A stretch of 64,000 nt of DNA from assembly GCA_049299095.1 (NCBI GenBank), contig JBAQWV010000041.1:191569-255568 (forward strand). The letters are read 5' to 3'. The DNA comes from Anaerolineae bacterium. GTDB taxonomy: Bacteria; Chloroflexota; Anaerolineae; JAAEKA01. The position numbers and the translations under genes are program-made. Position 1 is the stretch's first letter, and every line of letters starts with the position of its first letter. Below, piece by piece: positions 1 to 9,503 of the stretch. The notes below the pieces were generated by a model. The model was not told the DNA's origin. It searched no databases and saw only the letters and a program-made list of their open reading frames with translations.

Positions 1-1476
1 CTTTGGGAAGGGCTGGCCTTTTTGGGGCTGGTCGCGGCCCATATCCTCGGCTACAGCCGCTATTTGTACTGGTCAGGCGGCGTGGCCTGGGGCCCTCGCT
101 ACATGCTGCCCATCATCCCCTTCCTGTTGCTGCTGGCCGCGCCAGTGTGGGTTTGGCTGATCAACGACAAGGGCGCGGCAGTTGGCCGGTCGGCACGTTC
201 CAGCGTGCAAACGGTATTGCGTGCGGGGGTGTGGGCTGTCATCCTGTGGAGTTCATTCGTCGCCATCCTGGGCGTTCTATTCGACTGGCGTGCCTACGAG
301 TTGCCCTTCCTGCTCGCCCAGGAGAAGATTTGGGGCAGCATGGGGCAGGCGATTGACAACACCTACATGACTCCGGCCTACTCCCCTGTCTTCGGCCACA
401 TCCGCCTGTTGCTCAACGGCGGCGCGCCGCTTGATTTCGCCTGGTTGCAGCAAAGGCCGGAAGGCGCCACCGCGCTCGTGTCGCAGGGCCTCGCCCTGTC
501 GCTGGTCTTCGTCGCGATGGCCCTGGCAGCGTTCGTCTGGCTGTGGCGCAGACCCGCGCGCAGCGCAGTCGTCGGCGTCGGCATGACCCTGCTCAGTATC
601 GTGGTAGCATCCGCGCTACTGGTCTTCTATCGCCACGGCGACGCCCGCTTCGACACCTATGACGGCGACCGCTTCCTGCGCCCGATCATGGCGCGGCTGG
701 CCGAAGTACCCTGTGGCTGGACTGGTTGCGACGAGACGATGGTAGTTCCCGATCCTGCACTGACCGATTATTTCCTCAATTACCTGGACGCTTCGCTGGT
801 CTGGTACGGTATCGAATATGAGCCAGTGGAAACCCGCCTGCTCAAGCAACTCACCCAACGCTATGGCCGCATCTGGCTGGTGCGCGACCGCAACGCAGCC
901 ACCGACGACGAACAGGGCCGCCGCGGCACTGAACGCTATTTGGCGCAACACAGCTACAAACTGGAAGAGCAGCAATTTGACAGTTGGGCGCGGCTGATCC
1001 AGTTCTCAGCCGCGGGCGTGCCCGCAGAGCAGACACAGCCGCAGCAAGCCCTGGGTGAAATTACGTTACAAGACGCGCAGTTCAACATCCAGCCACCCGC
1101 GCCCAGCGACGCACCCGCACAAACCGCGGGCGATGGCCGCATCGTAGCACAGACAGGCGACACCTTGCAGATCGGCCTGCACTGGCGAGCCGACGCCGCA
1201 CCCCAGGGCAACTACACCGTTTTCGTGCAGTTGCTGGACGCGGCCGGGCAGGTGGCTGCACAGCGCGACCGCTGGCCGGGCGACGGCCTCTTCCCCACAG
1301 CGGCCTTGCAGGCTGGTCAGGTCATCACCGACAATCTGGCGCTGCCGCTGGACGTACCAGCGGGCGACTACCGCCTGATTACCGGCCTGTATCAGGGCGA
1401 CGTGACGGGGCAGCCGCGCCTTACCGGCCCTAGTGGCGACTTCATCGAGCTGCCGCGCATTGAGGTACGGCCATGA
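1..1476 (+). CDS. Polytopic membrane protein, GT-C/ArnT-like glycosyltransferase candidate (5' end cut by window edge)
   Basis: Frame 1 is open from nt 1, with no stop before the TTG at 22. The N-terminal half is hydrophobic and multi-TM. A soluble C-terminal domain (NYTVFVQLLDAAG...AGDYRLITGLYQ) is paralogous to the C-terminus of the next gene. The stop overlaps the next start (ATGA at 1473-1476). Confidence 0.7.
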   Translation, partial: LWEGLAFLGLVAAHILGYSRYLYWSGGVAWGPRYMLPIIPFLLLLAAPVWVWLINDKGAAVGRSARSSVQTVLRAGVWAVILWSSFVAILGVLFDWRAYELPFLLAQEKIWGSMGQAIDNTYMTPAYSPVFGHIRLLLNGGAPLDFAWLQQRPEGATALVSQGLALSLVFVAMALAAFVWLWRRPARSAVVGVGMTLLSIVVASALLVFYRHGDARFDTYDGDRFLRPIMARLAEVPCGWTGCDETMVVPDPALTDYFLNYLDASLVWYGIEYEPVETRLLKQLTQRYGRIWLVRDRNAATDDEQGRRGTERYLAQHSYKLEEQQFDSWARLIQFSAAGVPAEQTQPQQALGEITLQDAQFNIQPPAPSDAPAQTAGDGRIVAQTGDTLQIGLHWRADAAPQGNYTVFVQLLDAAGQVAAQRDRWPGDGLFPTAALQAGQVITDNLALPLDVPAGDYRLITGLYQGDVTGQPRLTGPSGDFIELPRIEVRP

Positions 1477-3659
1477 CCCAGCGCCGCGCACGTCTGGCTC
1501 CGTGGCTGGTCGTGCTGTTGACGCTGCCTGCGCTCTGGCCGCTGGCCCAGCCCGGCTTCTTCGTTTCCGACGATGGTTTGTTCCACGTCTATCGCACCGC
1601 CGCGCTGGCCGATGCCTGGCGACACGGCGTGCTGTGGCCGCAACTTTTCCCCGACTTTGGCTTCGGCTATGGCCAGGCGGTGCTGCATTTTTATGCGCCG
1701 CTGAGCTACGTTCCCGCCGCGCTGCTCAGCCTACTGGGGCTGCATCCGGCCGCGGCGGTGCAGGCCACGCTGGCTTTGAGCTTTTTGCTGGCCGCGCTGG
1801 CCGCGTTCGGCTACGCACGTAGCCTGTTTGGACCGGTGGGTGGCGTGCTGGCGGCGGTCGTTTACACCTACACCCCCTACCACTTGGCCGACGCGTATCT
1901 GCGCGGCGCGCTGCCCGAACACGCCGCTTTCATCTTTCCACCGCTGATCCTGTGGGGGGCCGCGGCCACCCTGCGGCGCGATCAGCCCTGGCCCGCAGTG
2001 CTGGCCGGGGTGCTGGCGTGGGCCGGGCTGGCCTTGACCCACAACCTGACCGCGCTGCTGATGGCGCTGGCTTTTGCGCCGCTGGCGTTGGTGCTGCTCG
2101 TGTGGACGGGGCGCTGGCGTCAAGGGCCGCTGTTAATCGGCACGCCCTTGCTGGCGTTGGGGGTGACTGCCACTTTTTGGCTGCCTGCACTGGTGGACAG
2201 CCGCGCGGTGGGGCTGGGGCTGGGCGCGTCTACCGGCTACGCCAATCACCTGCTCACTGGCGCCACCTGGCTACGCCGCTCGCTGGCTTATTTCCTTGAA
2301 ACGCCCGACACACTGGGACAAATTTATCCGCTGGCCTGGCCCGCACTGAGCTTGCTCGCCGCGGGCTTGAGCCTGTTGGTGCTGCGCGCGATGCAGCGTC
2401 GCCTACCCGCGGCTTGGCCGGTGGCCGCTGCGCATGGCCTGCTGGCCGCAGGCGCGCTGGCGATGACCACCGCGCTGACGCTGCCGATCTGGCGGCCCCT
2501 GACGCCGATCCTCGGCCAGTTGCAATATCCGTGGCGCTTTTTGCTGTTAGAGGCTGTGGGCCTACTGGGCGTTGCCGCTGCGCTGCCCAGGCTGTTGCCC
2601 AAGCTGCCGCGCGGCTGGCTGCTGGCAGGGGTGACGCTGCTGATGTGGCTGACTACGCTGCCCGGTTTGCGCGTCGAGCCGTTACCGCTCAGCTTGGCCG
2701 ATGTGATGTTGCCCGAACGCATGTGGGCCGAGGACGCGGCCAACGGACAGGTGGGTGCGACCTGGACGGGCGAATTTTTGCCGCTTAGCGTCACCGAACA
2801 ACGCTGGGCGCTGGGCAGGCCGCGCGCAGACGCAACCGACGGCCTCGCGCTCGCTCCTGTGCCTGCGGTCACGCTCGCGCGCGTAGGCTATGCGTCACTC
2901 GTTGCCGAGATCGAAACCGCCCAGCCCTTCGCGCTGCGACTGCATCAGTTTGCTGCGCCTGGCTGGCAGGCTAGCGTAAACAGCGCGCCTGCGACGGTTT
3001 ATCCCACCGGTGACTTGGGTTTGGTGACGGTGGATGTGCCCGCGGGCAGGTCGAGCGTGGCGCTGCGCTTCGGACAAACTGCCAGCAGCCGCTTGGGCTG
3101 GGCGATTACGTGGCTGGCGCTGCTGGTCTGGCTGATCTTGGTGGTGCGCCGGGCGAGGGGATCGCGCGGGCTGCTGGCCGCGGCGACGGGCGTGCTGGTG
3201 CTGGTCGCGGTGTTGACGCTGAACAGTCTGGGGGTGGGCGAACGCACCGTCCGCCCACGCGCGGCACAGGCCAGCCTGGAGGATGTGGCGGTGCTGCTGG
3301 CGAGCGAGGCGCATACGGACACACGCCTGGGTGTGGCCGAGGTGACGCTGTATTGGCTGGCGCTGCGTGAAACCAGCCAGAATTACAAGGTGTTTGTGCA
3401 TTTGCTCGGCGCGGATGGGACCGTGCTGACGCAGCACGATGGTGATCCCGTCGGCGGCTACTCGCCCACTACACGCTGGCGCGCGGGCGAAATCATTGCC
3501 GACCGGCATGTGCTGATCTTGCCTGCGGGGCTGCCCGCGGGTGCGTACGCGCTGCGCGCGGGGCTGTATCAAGTGGAACCGCTGCGCAACCTGACGGTGA
3601 CGCCGCCGACCGTGGACAATCGGGTGGATATCGGCGTGGTTACGTTGGCAGAAAAGTAA
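1473..3659 (+). CDS. Polytopic membrane protein, GT-C-like (ArnT/PMT/PTPS-related membrane protein class)
   Basis: 728 aa with many TM segments. The N-terminal motif FFVSDDGLFHVYR is typical of this membrane-protein class. The C-terminal domain (NYKVFVHLLGADG...AGAYALRAGLYQ) is shared with the upstream gene. The start is translationally coupled. Confidence 0.7.
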   Translation: MTQRRARLAPWLVVLLTLPALWPLAQPGFFVSDDGLFHVYRTAALADAWRHGVLWPQLFPDFGFGYGQAVLHFYAPLSYVPAALLSLLGLHPAAAVQATLALSFLLAALAAFGYARSLFGPVGGVLAAVVYTYTPYHLADAYLRGALPEHAAFIFPPLILWGAAATLRRDQPWPAVLAGVLAWAGLALTHNLTALLMALAFAPLALVLLVWTGRWRQGPLLIGTPLLALGVTATFWLPALVDSRAVGLGLGASTGYANHLLTGATWLRRSLAYFLETPDTLGQIYPLAWPALSLLAAGLSLLVLRAMQRRLPAAWPVAAAHGLLAAGALAMTTALTLPIWRPLTPILGQLQYPWRFLLLEAVGLLGVAAALPRLLPKLPRGWLLAGVTLLMWLTTLPGLRVEPLPLSLADVMLPERMWAEDAANGQVGATWTGEFLPLSVTEQRWALGRPRADATDGLALAPVPAVTLARVGYASLVAEIETAQPFALRLHQFAAPGWQASVNSAPATVYPTGDLGLVTVDVPAGRSSVALRFGQTASSRLGWAITWLALLVWLILVVRRARGSRGLLAAATGVLVLVAVLTLNSLGVGERTVRPRAAQASLEDVAVLLASEAHTDTRLGVAEVTLYWLALRETSQNYKVFVHLLGADGTVLTQHDGDPVGGYSPTTRWRAGEIIADRHVLILPAGLPAGAYALRAGLYQVEPLRNLTVTPPTVDNRVDIGVVTLAEK

Positions 3660-3672
3660 TCGGCTTGGGCCT

Positions 3673-3701
3673 TTGGGCGCATCTTCAAGTCGTGGTATGA
3701 T
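3673..3701 (+). promoter_or_regulatory. Candidate sigma70-type promoter (TTGGGC-17-TATGAT with TGg extended -10)
   Basis: The -35 TTGGGC is at 3673-3678, followed by a 17-nt spacer and TGgTATGAT ending at 3701. It lies upstream of the RmlC-like gene. Confidence 0.35.
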
Positions 3702-3749
3702 GCTGGCAACAAACCGGTGCGAACTGCACTTTATCTAAAAATTGAGGTT

Positions 3750-4217
3750 ATGATGGCAAACCTTGCAGGCGTTGAAATTAAGAAACTGGTAACGTATCCC
3801 GATCCGCGCGGCTTTTTTCGTGAGGTCATTCGGGTAACGGATGATTTCTTTGGCGAAGGCTTCGGGCAGTGGAGCCACACCAAGTCGTATCAGGGTGTGG
3901 TGAAGGCGTGGCACATTCACAAGCAGCAGCTAGATTGGTGGTATGTTGCCAGTGGCCGCGTCAAGGTGGCGTTGTATGACACACGACCCGATTCGCCGAC
4001 CTACGGCCAGTTGCAGGAATTGCTGATGGGCGACGAAATGGAGCCGAGCGTGCTGCGCATTCCACCCGGCGTGGCGCATGGCTATCGTGTGTTGAGCGCG
4101 GAAGTGAATCTTTTTTACATCACCAGTAACGTTTACAACCCCAACGACGAAGGTCGCATTCCGCACGACGATCCAACGATTGGCTATGACTGGCTGGCTG
4201 GACCGGCGATCACGTAG
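3750..4217 (+). CDS. dTDP-4-dehydrorhamnose 3,5-epimerase-like cupin (RmlC family)
   Basis: Motifs DPRGFFREV, WHIHKQQLDWWYV...YDTRPDSPTYG and PPGVAHGY. I prefer the ATG-ATG at 3750 because it follows GAGGT; the ORF is open from the GTG at 3717. Confidence 0.8.
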   Translation: MMANLAGVEIKKLVTYPDPRGFFREVIRVTDDFFGEGFGQWSHTKSYQGVVKAWHIHKQQLDWWYVASGRVKVALYDTRPDSPTYGQLQELLMGDEMEPSVLRIPPGVAHGYRVLSAEVNLFYITSNVYNPNDEGRIPHDDPTIGYDWLAGPAIT

Positions 4218-4228
4218 GAGAACCGAGT

Positions 4229-5398
4229 ATGAATCCATTTGTGTATTATGTGCTGGCTGCGGTGCTGTTTGTGCTGGGGCTGGCTGCACTGGGTGGGGCA
4301 GCGTTTGGACGGCAGCTTAATCGGCGCTATGTGTTGACGCTTGTGGGCATGGGATTGTGGGCCGCCACGCTGCTGGCCTACATGCAGGCAGCGGGGCGCG
4401 CCGCGGTGCTGCAACCCGACATTGCGACGCCTGCGCCTGTGGCCGCAACAGTGCCGGCGGAGGTGTTAGCCACGGTTGCCCCGCCTATGGCTGAAATGAC
4501 TGCAACCTTGCCGATTAGCAACACGCAGTTGCCCGCACTGGGCGGCCGCGTTGTGTTCCATTCTGACCGTAGCGGTGAGCTGGATATCTTTGCCATGAAC
4601 CTGGATGGCAGCGATTTGCAGCAGTTGACGGATGCACCGGGGCGTGATTTCGAGCCGATTTGGTCGCCGGATGGGCAGCAGGTCGTCTTTTCCTCTGACC
4701 GCGACGATCCCGACAACGCGTATCTGTATATCATGAACGCGGACGGCTCCGATCAGCGCCGTTTGGAAACGAGCATGACTTCCGATCAGATCGGTGTACG
4801 TTGGTCGTCTGATGGCGAATGGATTTTGTTCCATAGCAACCCGCTGGTAAATGGCTCGCCGCGCTTCGATATTTTTAAAATACACCCGGATGGTAGCGGG
4901 CTGGTCAACCTGACCGACGCGCCGGGCAATAATTTCATGGGCGATTGGTCGCCGGATGGCAAGCGCATCGTGTTTGTGTCGCAGCGCGACGGTAATCGCC
5001 AGTTGTACGTGATGAATGCGGATGGCAGTAACCAGGTGCGCATCACCGAAGGTTCGTGGGAAAACAGTCTGCCGCGCTGGTCGCCGGATGGACAGTATAT
5101 CGTCTTTGAAAGTAACCGCAGCAGCACGACTTTTAGCCTGTTTACAATCCAACCACCTGCTGAAGGCGCGACTGGCGCAAATGCTTCGATGGAAACCACG
5201 GTTCGTTCCTTGACACACCCCGGCTTCAATAACTCGACGCCAACCTGGATCAACGACGATTGGATGATCATTAGCTCGGATATGAATTCGACTAACATCC
5301 CCAACTGGGAGTTGTATTTGCTCAAATCTGATGTGAGTGAAATTTATCGTCTGACTGACAGCGCGGGGATGGACCGCTTCCCCGACTGGAAACCGTAA
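4229..5398 (+). CDS. Membrane-anchored PD40/TolB-like beta-propeller repeat protein
   Basis: Two N-terminal hydrophobic segments, then repeated WSPDG..xxF.SdR/dg...lY.mnaDGS units (PD40 repeats). Confidence 0.8.
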   Translation: MNPFVYYVLAAVLFVLGLAALGGAAFGRQLNRRYVLTLVGMGLWAATLLAYMQAAGRAAVLQPDIATPAPVAATVPAEVLATVAPPMAEMTATLPISNTQLPALGGRVVFHSDRSGELDIFAMNLDGSDLQQLTDAPGRDFEPIWSPDGQQVVFSSDRDDPDNAYLYIMNADGSDQRRLETSMTSDQIGVRWSSDGEWILFHSNPLVNGSPRFDIFKIHPDGSGLVNLTDAPGNNFMGDWSPDGKRIVFVSQRDGNRQLYVMNADGSNQVRITEGSWENSLPRWSPDGQYIVFESNRSSTTFSLFTIQPPAEGATGANASMETTVRSLTHPGFNNSTPTWINDDWMIISSDMNSTNIPNWELYLLKSDVSEIYRLTDSAGMDRFPDWKP

Positions 5399-5420
5399 GA
5401 TCTGCCCAGTGGCGAATCAA

Positions 5421-5456
5421 AAAGGGCCGGTTACACGCGTAACCGGCCCTTTTTTG
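5421..5456. terminator. Bidirectional rho-independent terminator
   Basis: Perfect 11-bp stem gggccggttac/gtaaccggccc (5424-5434 / 5439-5449) flanked by A5 and T6. It sits between convergent genes. Confidence 0.85.
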
Positions 5457-5467
5457 TGTTCGCCGGA

Positions 5468-5701
5468 CTAAGCGTCGGCAGCCTCTTGATTCAGGTAATA
5501 GGATAGCGCGCCAGACGGGCATTCGTTGACCTGGGCCATGATGCGCTCGCTGCTGGCTCCCTCCATTTTTACCCAGGGCCGCTCGCGCGGGGCAAATACT
5601 TCGGGCAGGCCCTTGAAGCAGCGGGTGGAATGAAAACAAATGCTGGGCCGCCAAACAATGGTCATTTCGCCGTTGGTGTACTCTTTCACGACTTCGTCCA
5701 T
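5468..5701 (-). CDS. Divergent 4Fe-4S mono-cluster protein (DUF1271/Fer4_19-like)
   Basis: MDEVVKEYTNGEMTIVWRPSICFHSTRCFKGLPEVF...WVKMEGAS...VNECPSGALSY matches the small (4Fe-4S)-binding protein family from memory. I chose the internal ATG at 5701; the ORF is open to 5752. Confidence 0.75.
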   Translation of the reverse strand: MDEVVKEYTNGEMTIVWRPSICFHSTRCFKGLPEVFAPRERPWVKMEGASSERIMAQVNECPSGALSYYLNQEAADA

Positions 5702-5786
5702 GCGGAATACCTCCTTGTTGCTACTGTAATGAGCAGGATGCGTGGAAAACAACTGGATTATAGCACAGCCAGCCAGATGCGGCGTT

Positions 5787-7010
5787 TCAAGGGATCAAAT
5801 TCAGCAAACGCCATTGCCTGGCGACGTAATGGGTGAGAGGCTTGGTATATAACTCTTCGTACACCTGCTGATAGGCAAGCGCCATGCCGTCCAGACTGAA
5901 ACGTTGGGCACGGGCTGCGCTGGCCGCTCCCATGGCAGGCCAGCGGTCAGCATCGGCCAGTAATTGTGCCATGTAACGGGCGACGTCTTCGGGGGAATCG
6001 GGCTGGAATAGATAGCCGTTGAGGCCGGGGGAAACCCACTCTGGCAGCGCGCCAGCCTGCGCCGCTAGCACGGGCAGACCGCACGACATCGCCTCCAGGG
6101 TGGCGATGCTGAACGATTCGAAGCGTCCGGGCATCACGAACATATCGGCGGCATTGTACAGGGCAGGTAGATCGGTGTGTTCGACCTGGCCGAGAAAATG
6201 CACGCGGTCACGGATGCCCAGAGTACCGGCCAAATGCTTGATTTCTGTTTCCTGTGCGCCTCGGCCGGCTAAAACCAGCGTTAACAGGGCTGGCTGCAGC
6301 AGGGCTAGCCCGCGCAGCAGCACTTCAACGTTCTTTTCTTTATCCAGGCGGCCAACGTACAGCAGCAAGGGATTGCCGGTAGTCAGGCCAAAGCGCCGAC
6401 GAATGGCTTGCCGATCCAGCGCCGGATCGAATTGGAAGGCTTCCAGGGCTATACCGCACGGAATGGCCTGCACCGGCACGCGCAGACCGTGAGCTTGCAG
6501 CATGGTCACCGAGAATTGTGATGGTACGGTGACTAGGTCCATCTGGTTGAGCGAGGCAATGAGACCGCGCCAAGTGAGCTTTTCCGCGAGTTGCTGAGCC
6601 TGGGCCTGTGGCAGGCGCAGATAGGGTGCGGTTACCGCGGGGCCGGTGTGGTGGGTGGCCATCACGGGCAAACGGCGTCTGCGTGCGGCTTGCACAGCAA
6701 CCTGGCTCAACGGCGAAGGGTCCTGGCAATGGACTAGATCGGGTTGAAAGTCGTTAAACGCTCGTTGCACGACGGAAAGGATGGTCCGCGGTATAAGCAA
6801 ATCGGGATGTAGCCACGGCAGCCGCCAGGCTGGTGTATGGACAAGCTTTACCCCTGTGTGGACGATGTGTGGGCCCGCGCGCCGATCTTCCGGTGTCAGA
6901 ACCACGACTTCGTGTCCACACTCAACTAAACCCTCAGCCAGGCTCTGGGTGAAAACAGCTTGCCCATTGAGCTGAGGAGGATAAGTAATACCTACAAGGA
7001 GGATACGCAT
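5787..7010 (-). CDS. Glycosyltransferase family 4 (GT-B, RfaB-like)
   Basis: N-terminus MRILLVGITYPPQLNGQAVF. The C-terminal E-x7-E region is FVMPGRFESFSIATLEAMSCGLPVLA. GGAGG lies 5 nt upstream of the ATG. Confidence 0.85.
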   Translation of the reverse strand: MRILLVGITYPPQLNGQAVFTQSLAEGLVECGHEVVVLTPEDRRAGPHIVHTGVKLVHTPAWRLPWLHPDLLIPRTILSVVQRAFNDFQPDLVHCQDPSPLSQVAVQAARRRRLPVMATHHTGPAVTAPYLRLPQAQAQQLAEKLTWRGLIASLNQMDLVTVPSQFSVTMLQAHGLRVPVQAIPCGIALEAFQFDPALDRQAIRRRFGLTTGNPLLLYVGRLDKEKNVEVLLRGLALLQPALLTLVLAGRGAQETEIKHLAGTLGIRDRVHFLGQVEHTDLPALYNAADMFVMPGRFESFSIATLEAMSCGLPVLAAQAGALPEWVSPGLNGYLFQPDSPEDVARYMAQLLADADRWPAMGAASAARAQRFSLDGMALAYQQVYEELYTKPLTHYVARQWRLLNLIP

Positions 7011-7033
7011 AGCTGCCTCCTGCTTCTTAAACC

Positions 7034-7696
7034 TTACTCTCGGTCTTCAAAATACACAGACAAATCTTTGTGATTGAGTACATGTCGAATATAGAAGAAG
7101 CCGCCCAACAGAAAAATGATTGTAAAGCCGACCGCTATATAGCCAATGCCTTTTTGTACCTGCATCAGGCTGGAAGCCATGTAGTAGCCGAGAGGTACCA
7201 TCACGACAGCAATGAGTAGGTCGCTCAGGGCTATCAGCCAGAACCAACGCCGCCAGGGTATGCGCGCCACACCGATGGCAATGATGGCCGGGATAACCAT
7301 CCAGTTGGTCAGTTTGGCAATGATCAGCAGCTTGGTGACATCACGGTGAATTAGTTTTTTGAGCAGTTCCAGTCGTTCCGGTGTGACGCCCAGCCACTTG
7401 AAGCGGCGCAGCAGGCTGTCAATCTTGCCATAATAACCGAGTAAAAACCAAAATGTATCGGAGATCATGTTGCCGAACACCGCGGTGACGAACACGGCCC
7501 GCGGATCCAGATACCCCGTGGACGCAGCGGCCGCGGCGATCAGGATGGTGACTTCACCCTGCAACGCGATTAATACGACCAGCAGTAAATAAATCCAAAG
7601 TTGAGACAAGATCAACACCTTTCTTAATGATAATCCGATTATACGGGTGTTGTCCTTTCCTGAAAATTCGCCAATGGGAAATAAGAGGCCCAGCAA
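7034..7696 (-). CDS. DedA/SNARE-associated family membrane protein
   Basis: Multi-TM with a DedA-like signature (FGNMISDTFWFLLGYYG). The true start may be internal, e.g. the GTG near 7617. GC is markedly lower than the surroundings. Confidence 0.65.
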   Translation of the reverse strand: MLGLLFPIGEFSGKDNTRIIGLSLRKVLILSQLWIYLLLVVLIALQGEVTILIAAAAASTGYLDPRAVFVTAVFGNMISDTFWFLLGYYGKIDSLLRRFKWLGVTPERLELLKKLIHRDVTKLLIIAKLTNWMVIPAIIAIGVARIPWRRWFWLIALSDLLIAVVMVPLGYYMASSLMQVQKGIGYIAVGFTIIFLLGGFFYIRHVLNHKDLSVYFEDRE

Positions 7697-7742
7697 TCAG
7701 TGCCGGGCCGCTTGAAAATTCGCACGCTTCTGATTTTACTGG

Positions 7743-8273
7743 CTATTGGCTGTTCTTGGCTTCCAGTAATTGTTGCAGAAGATGAATTTGTTCCTGCTGC
7801 ATGGCCACCAACTCAGCCCAGCGTTGTTCGCGTAATTCATCCAGTTTTTCCTGCAAGGTGTTGATTTCCATCTCTGCCTTGAGGTTAATCTCGTAGTCGT
7901 GCGCTGCGTCCAACCGATCTTTGGCTGCCTGACGGTTCTGCGACATCATGATCACCGGTGCCTGTACCGCGGCGGTCATGGAGAGGAACAGGTTGAGCAG
8001 AATGTAAGGATAGGGATCGAAGGCCGCGTGCTGTCGCGCCAGAATCACGGAATTCAGTACGATCCAGCTCACCAGAATGCTGGCAAACAGGATGATGAAC
8101 GTCCAGGAGCCACCAAACGCGGCAACTTTATCTGCGACGCGTTGTCCCAGGGTGAGTTGGTTATCGAATTCGCGGTTGATGTCGCGGGTCAAGGTCGTTT
8201 GTGATTTGCTGCGCAGGCCAGTGAGATGGGGTTTTGAACTATTGGGAGGTGTAGTCATGGTTCTTCTCCGCAA
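7743..8273 (-). CDS. DUF1003 family membrane protein
   Basis: GSWTFIILF...FDPYPYILLNLFLS...QAPVIMMSQNRQ..KDR...DYEINLKAE is the DUF1003 signature, followed by a C-terminal coiled coil. Confidence 0.8.
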   Translation of the reverse strand: MRRRTMTTPPNSSKPHLTGLRSKSQTTLTRDINREFDNQLTLGQRVADKVAAFGGSWTFIILFASILVSWIVLNSVILARQHAAFDPYPYILLNLFLSMTAAVQAPVIMMSQNRQAAKDRLDAAHDYEINLKAEMEINTLQEKLDELREQRWAELVAMQQEQIHLLQQLLEAKNSQ

Positions 8274-8338
8274 GTAAGTTCACACGCAAAAACGTTGAAC
8301 AGGTAGATAATCCAGTTTCTGATGCGACGCAAGCTTGT

Positions 8339-8728
8339 CTACTTCTGTTTTTGTCTACCCTTTCCTGCCTTGCGTCGGTTTTCCTCTGCGCGATACACTG
8401 TGATGCGGCGGACCAAATCCAGCGGCAACGGCTGATCAAGGGGAAAGCGCACCGCACCCTTGGAGCGGCCATACGATGCCAGCTCTTGCTCAAAGGCTTC
8501 AATGCCATTCGGCGCGGGATAGAAGCCAATGTGCTGTTTGAAAGCCGCAAAATGTACCAGATTGCCATTCAGGTAAAACGTGGGCATCTGGTAGCTGATC
8601 TTTTCCGTAGCATCAGGCGCGGCTGCGTGAATCGTTTCCCGCATCGCTCGCAGTTTGGCCTGGATCTCCGCGGGAAAGGCAGCGATATAGGCATCAATCG
8701 TGGTGACAGGGGGTGTTTGGTTATCCAT
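8339..8728 (-). CDS. DUF1801 (YdhG-like) domain protein
   Basis: IDAYIAAFPAEIQAKLRAMRETIHAAAPDATEKISYQMPTFYLNGNLVHFAAFKQHIGFYP. Confidence 0.8.
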   Translation of the reverse strand: MDNQTPPVTTIDAYIAAFPAEIQAKLRAMRETIHAAAPDATEKISYQMPTFYLNGNLVHFAAFKQHIGFYPAPNGIEAFEQELASYGRSKGAVRFPLDQPLPLDLVRRITVYRAEENRRKAGKGRQKQK

Positions 8729-8757
8729 GATGTCTCCAGAATGGCGTTTAACCGGAA

Positions 8758-8943
8758 TTAAGCCGCTTGGCTGTTAACTTGCATCGGCATCAGCAGTTCC
8801 AACAGTGCGGCCAGACCGCGCAGCACGCCATAGACCAGAAGGCCATGGATGGCAATGGCAAAGAGGGAGAGACGTATGCCGGCAAGCCAGTAAACCTGTG
8901 GCGGGTGATTAGTTCCGAAATAAAATCGTGTATTCCTGCTCAC
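8758..8943 (-). CDS. Small hypothetical membrane protein (weak call)
   Basis: 61-aa ORF with a GTG start and one clear hydrophobic helix. A TATAAT (minus strand, 8964-8959) lies just upstream. No recognisable family. Confidence 0.3.
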   Translation of the reverse strand: MSRNTRFYFGTNHPPQVYWLAGIRLSLFAIAIHGLLVYGVLRGLAALLELLMPMQVNSQAA

Positions 8944-9148
8944 GAGCAGCTAGACAAATTATAGTGTAAGGCACGCCAGACGCAAACTGCTGCGCCGCGG
9001 CTGGGTATGGCCAGACTGTGCTTGAACAAAGAGGGCTTACGCGGTTCATGTCATTGCGCGGAGCAGAGCCGCCTATGGCAAGATTTCTCACTCCTTTGTG
9101 CTTACGACGTCGAAATGACAGCGTTATTGCCAACTGCGTAACGCCTAA

Positions 9149-9180
9149 CAAAAACAGCGCAGGGATAAAACCCTGCGCTG
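9149..9180 (-). terminator. Rho-independent terminator of the cold-shock gene
   Basis: 10-bp stem cagcgcaggg/ccctgcgctg (9155-9164 / 9171-9180) followed on the minus strand by TTTTTG. Confidence 0.8.
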
Positions 9181-9213
9181 TATCTTTAAGTGCTGCGGTG
9201 AAACGGGCAGAAC

Positions 9214-9423
9214 TTAGATCGCGATAACGCGGCTGGCCTGCAGGCCCTTACGGCCCTGTTCCACATCGAACTCAACCTGCTGGCCTTCGTTCAACGTGCG
9301 GTAGCCTTCGGACTGAATTTCAGTGTGATGCACAAAAACGTCCTGACCATTGGAGCGTGCGATAAAGCCATAACCCTTGGATGCGTTGAACCACTTTACG
9401 GTTCCCTGTTCACGATTAGCCAC
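9214..9423 (-). CDS. cspA: Cold-shock protein (CspA family, S1-like OB fold)
   Basis: [15 protein letters not shown] (RNP1) and DVFVHH (RNP2). The GTG at 9423 is preceded by AAGGAG with a 9-nt spacer; the longer ORF to 9507 is unlikely. Confidence 0.9.
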   Translation of the reverse strand: MANREQGTVKWFNASKGYGFIARSNGQDVFVHHTEIQSEGYRTLNEGQQVEFDVEQGRKGLQASRVIAI

Positions 9424-9503
9424 GATGAATTTCTCCTTGTCTGATGCGGTACAAAACCGCCTTGCGTAATGGCGTAGTCTGAGTAAGCTCCGTTTGCAGG
9501 CAA

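Noticed and set aside
22-1476. The TTG at nt 22 as the true start of the first gene
   Set aside because: The frame is open back to nt 1, and the first residues are already in a hydrophobic membrane segment. The gene almost certainly begins upstream of the window.
8944-9148. About 200-nt non-coding gap considered as a small RNA or riboswitch; the ORFs at 8909-9151 (-) and 9018-9227 (+) were also considered
   Set aside because: There is no conserved-looking structure, terminator or known motif. The ORFs have no SD and no motifs and overlap the csp terminator. This is more likely promoter/UTR space for the 8758-8943 unit.
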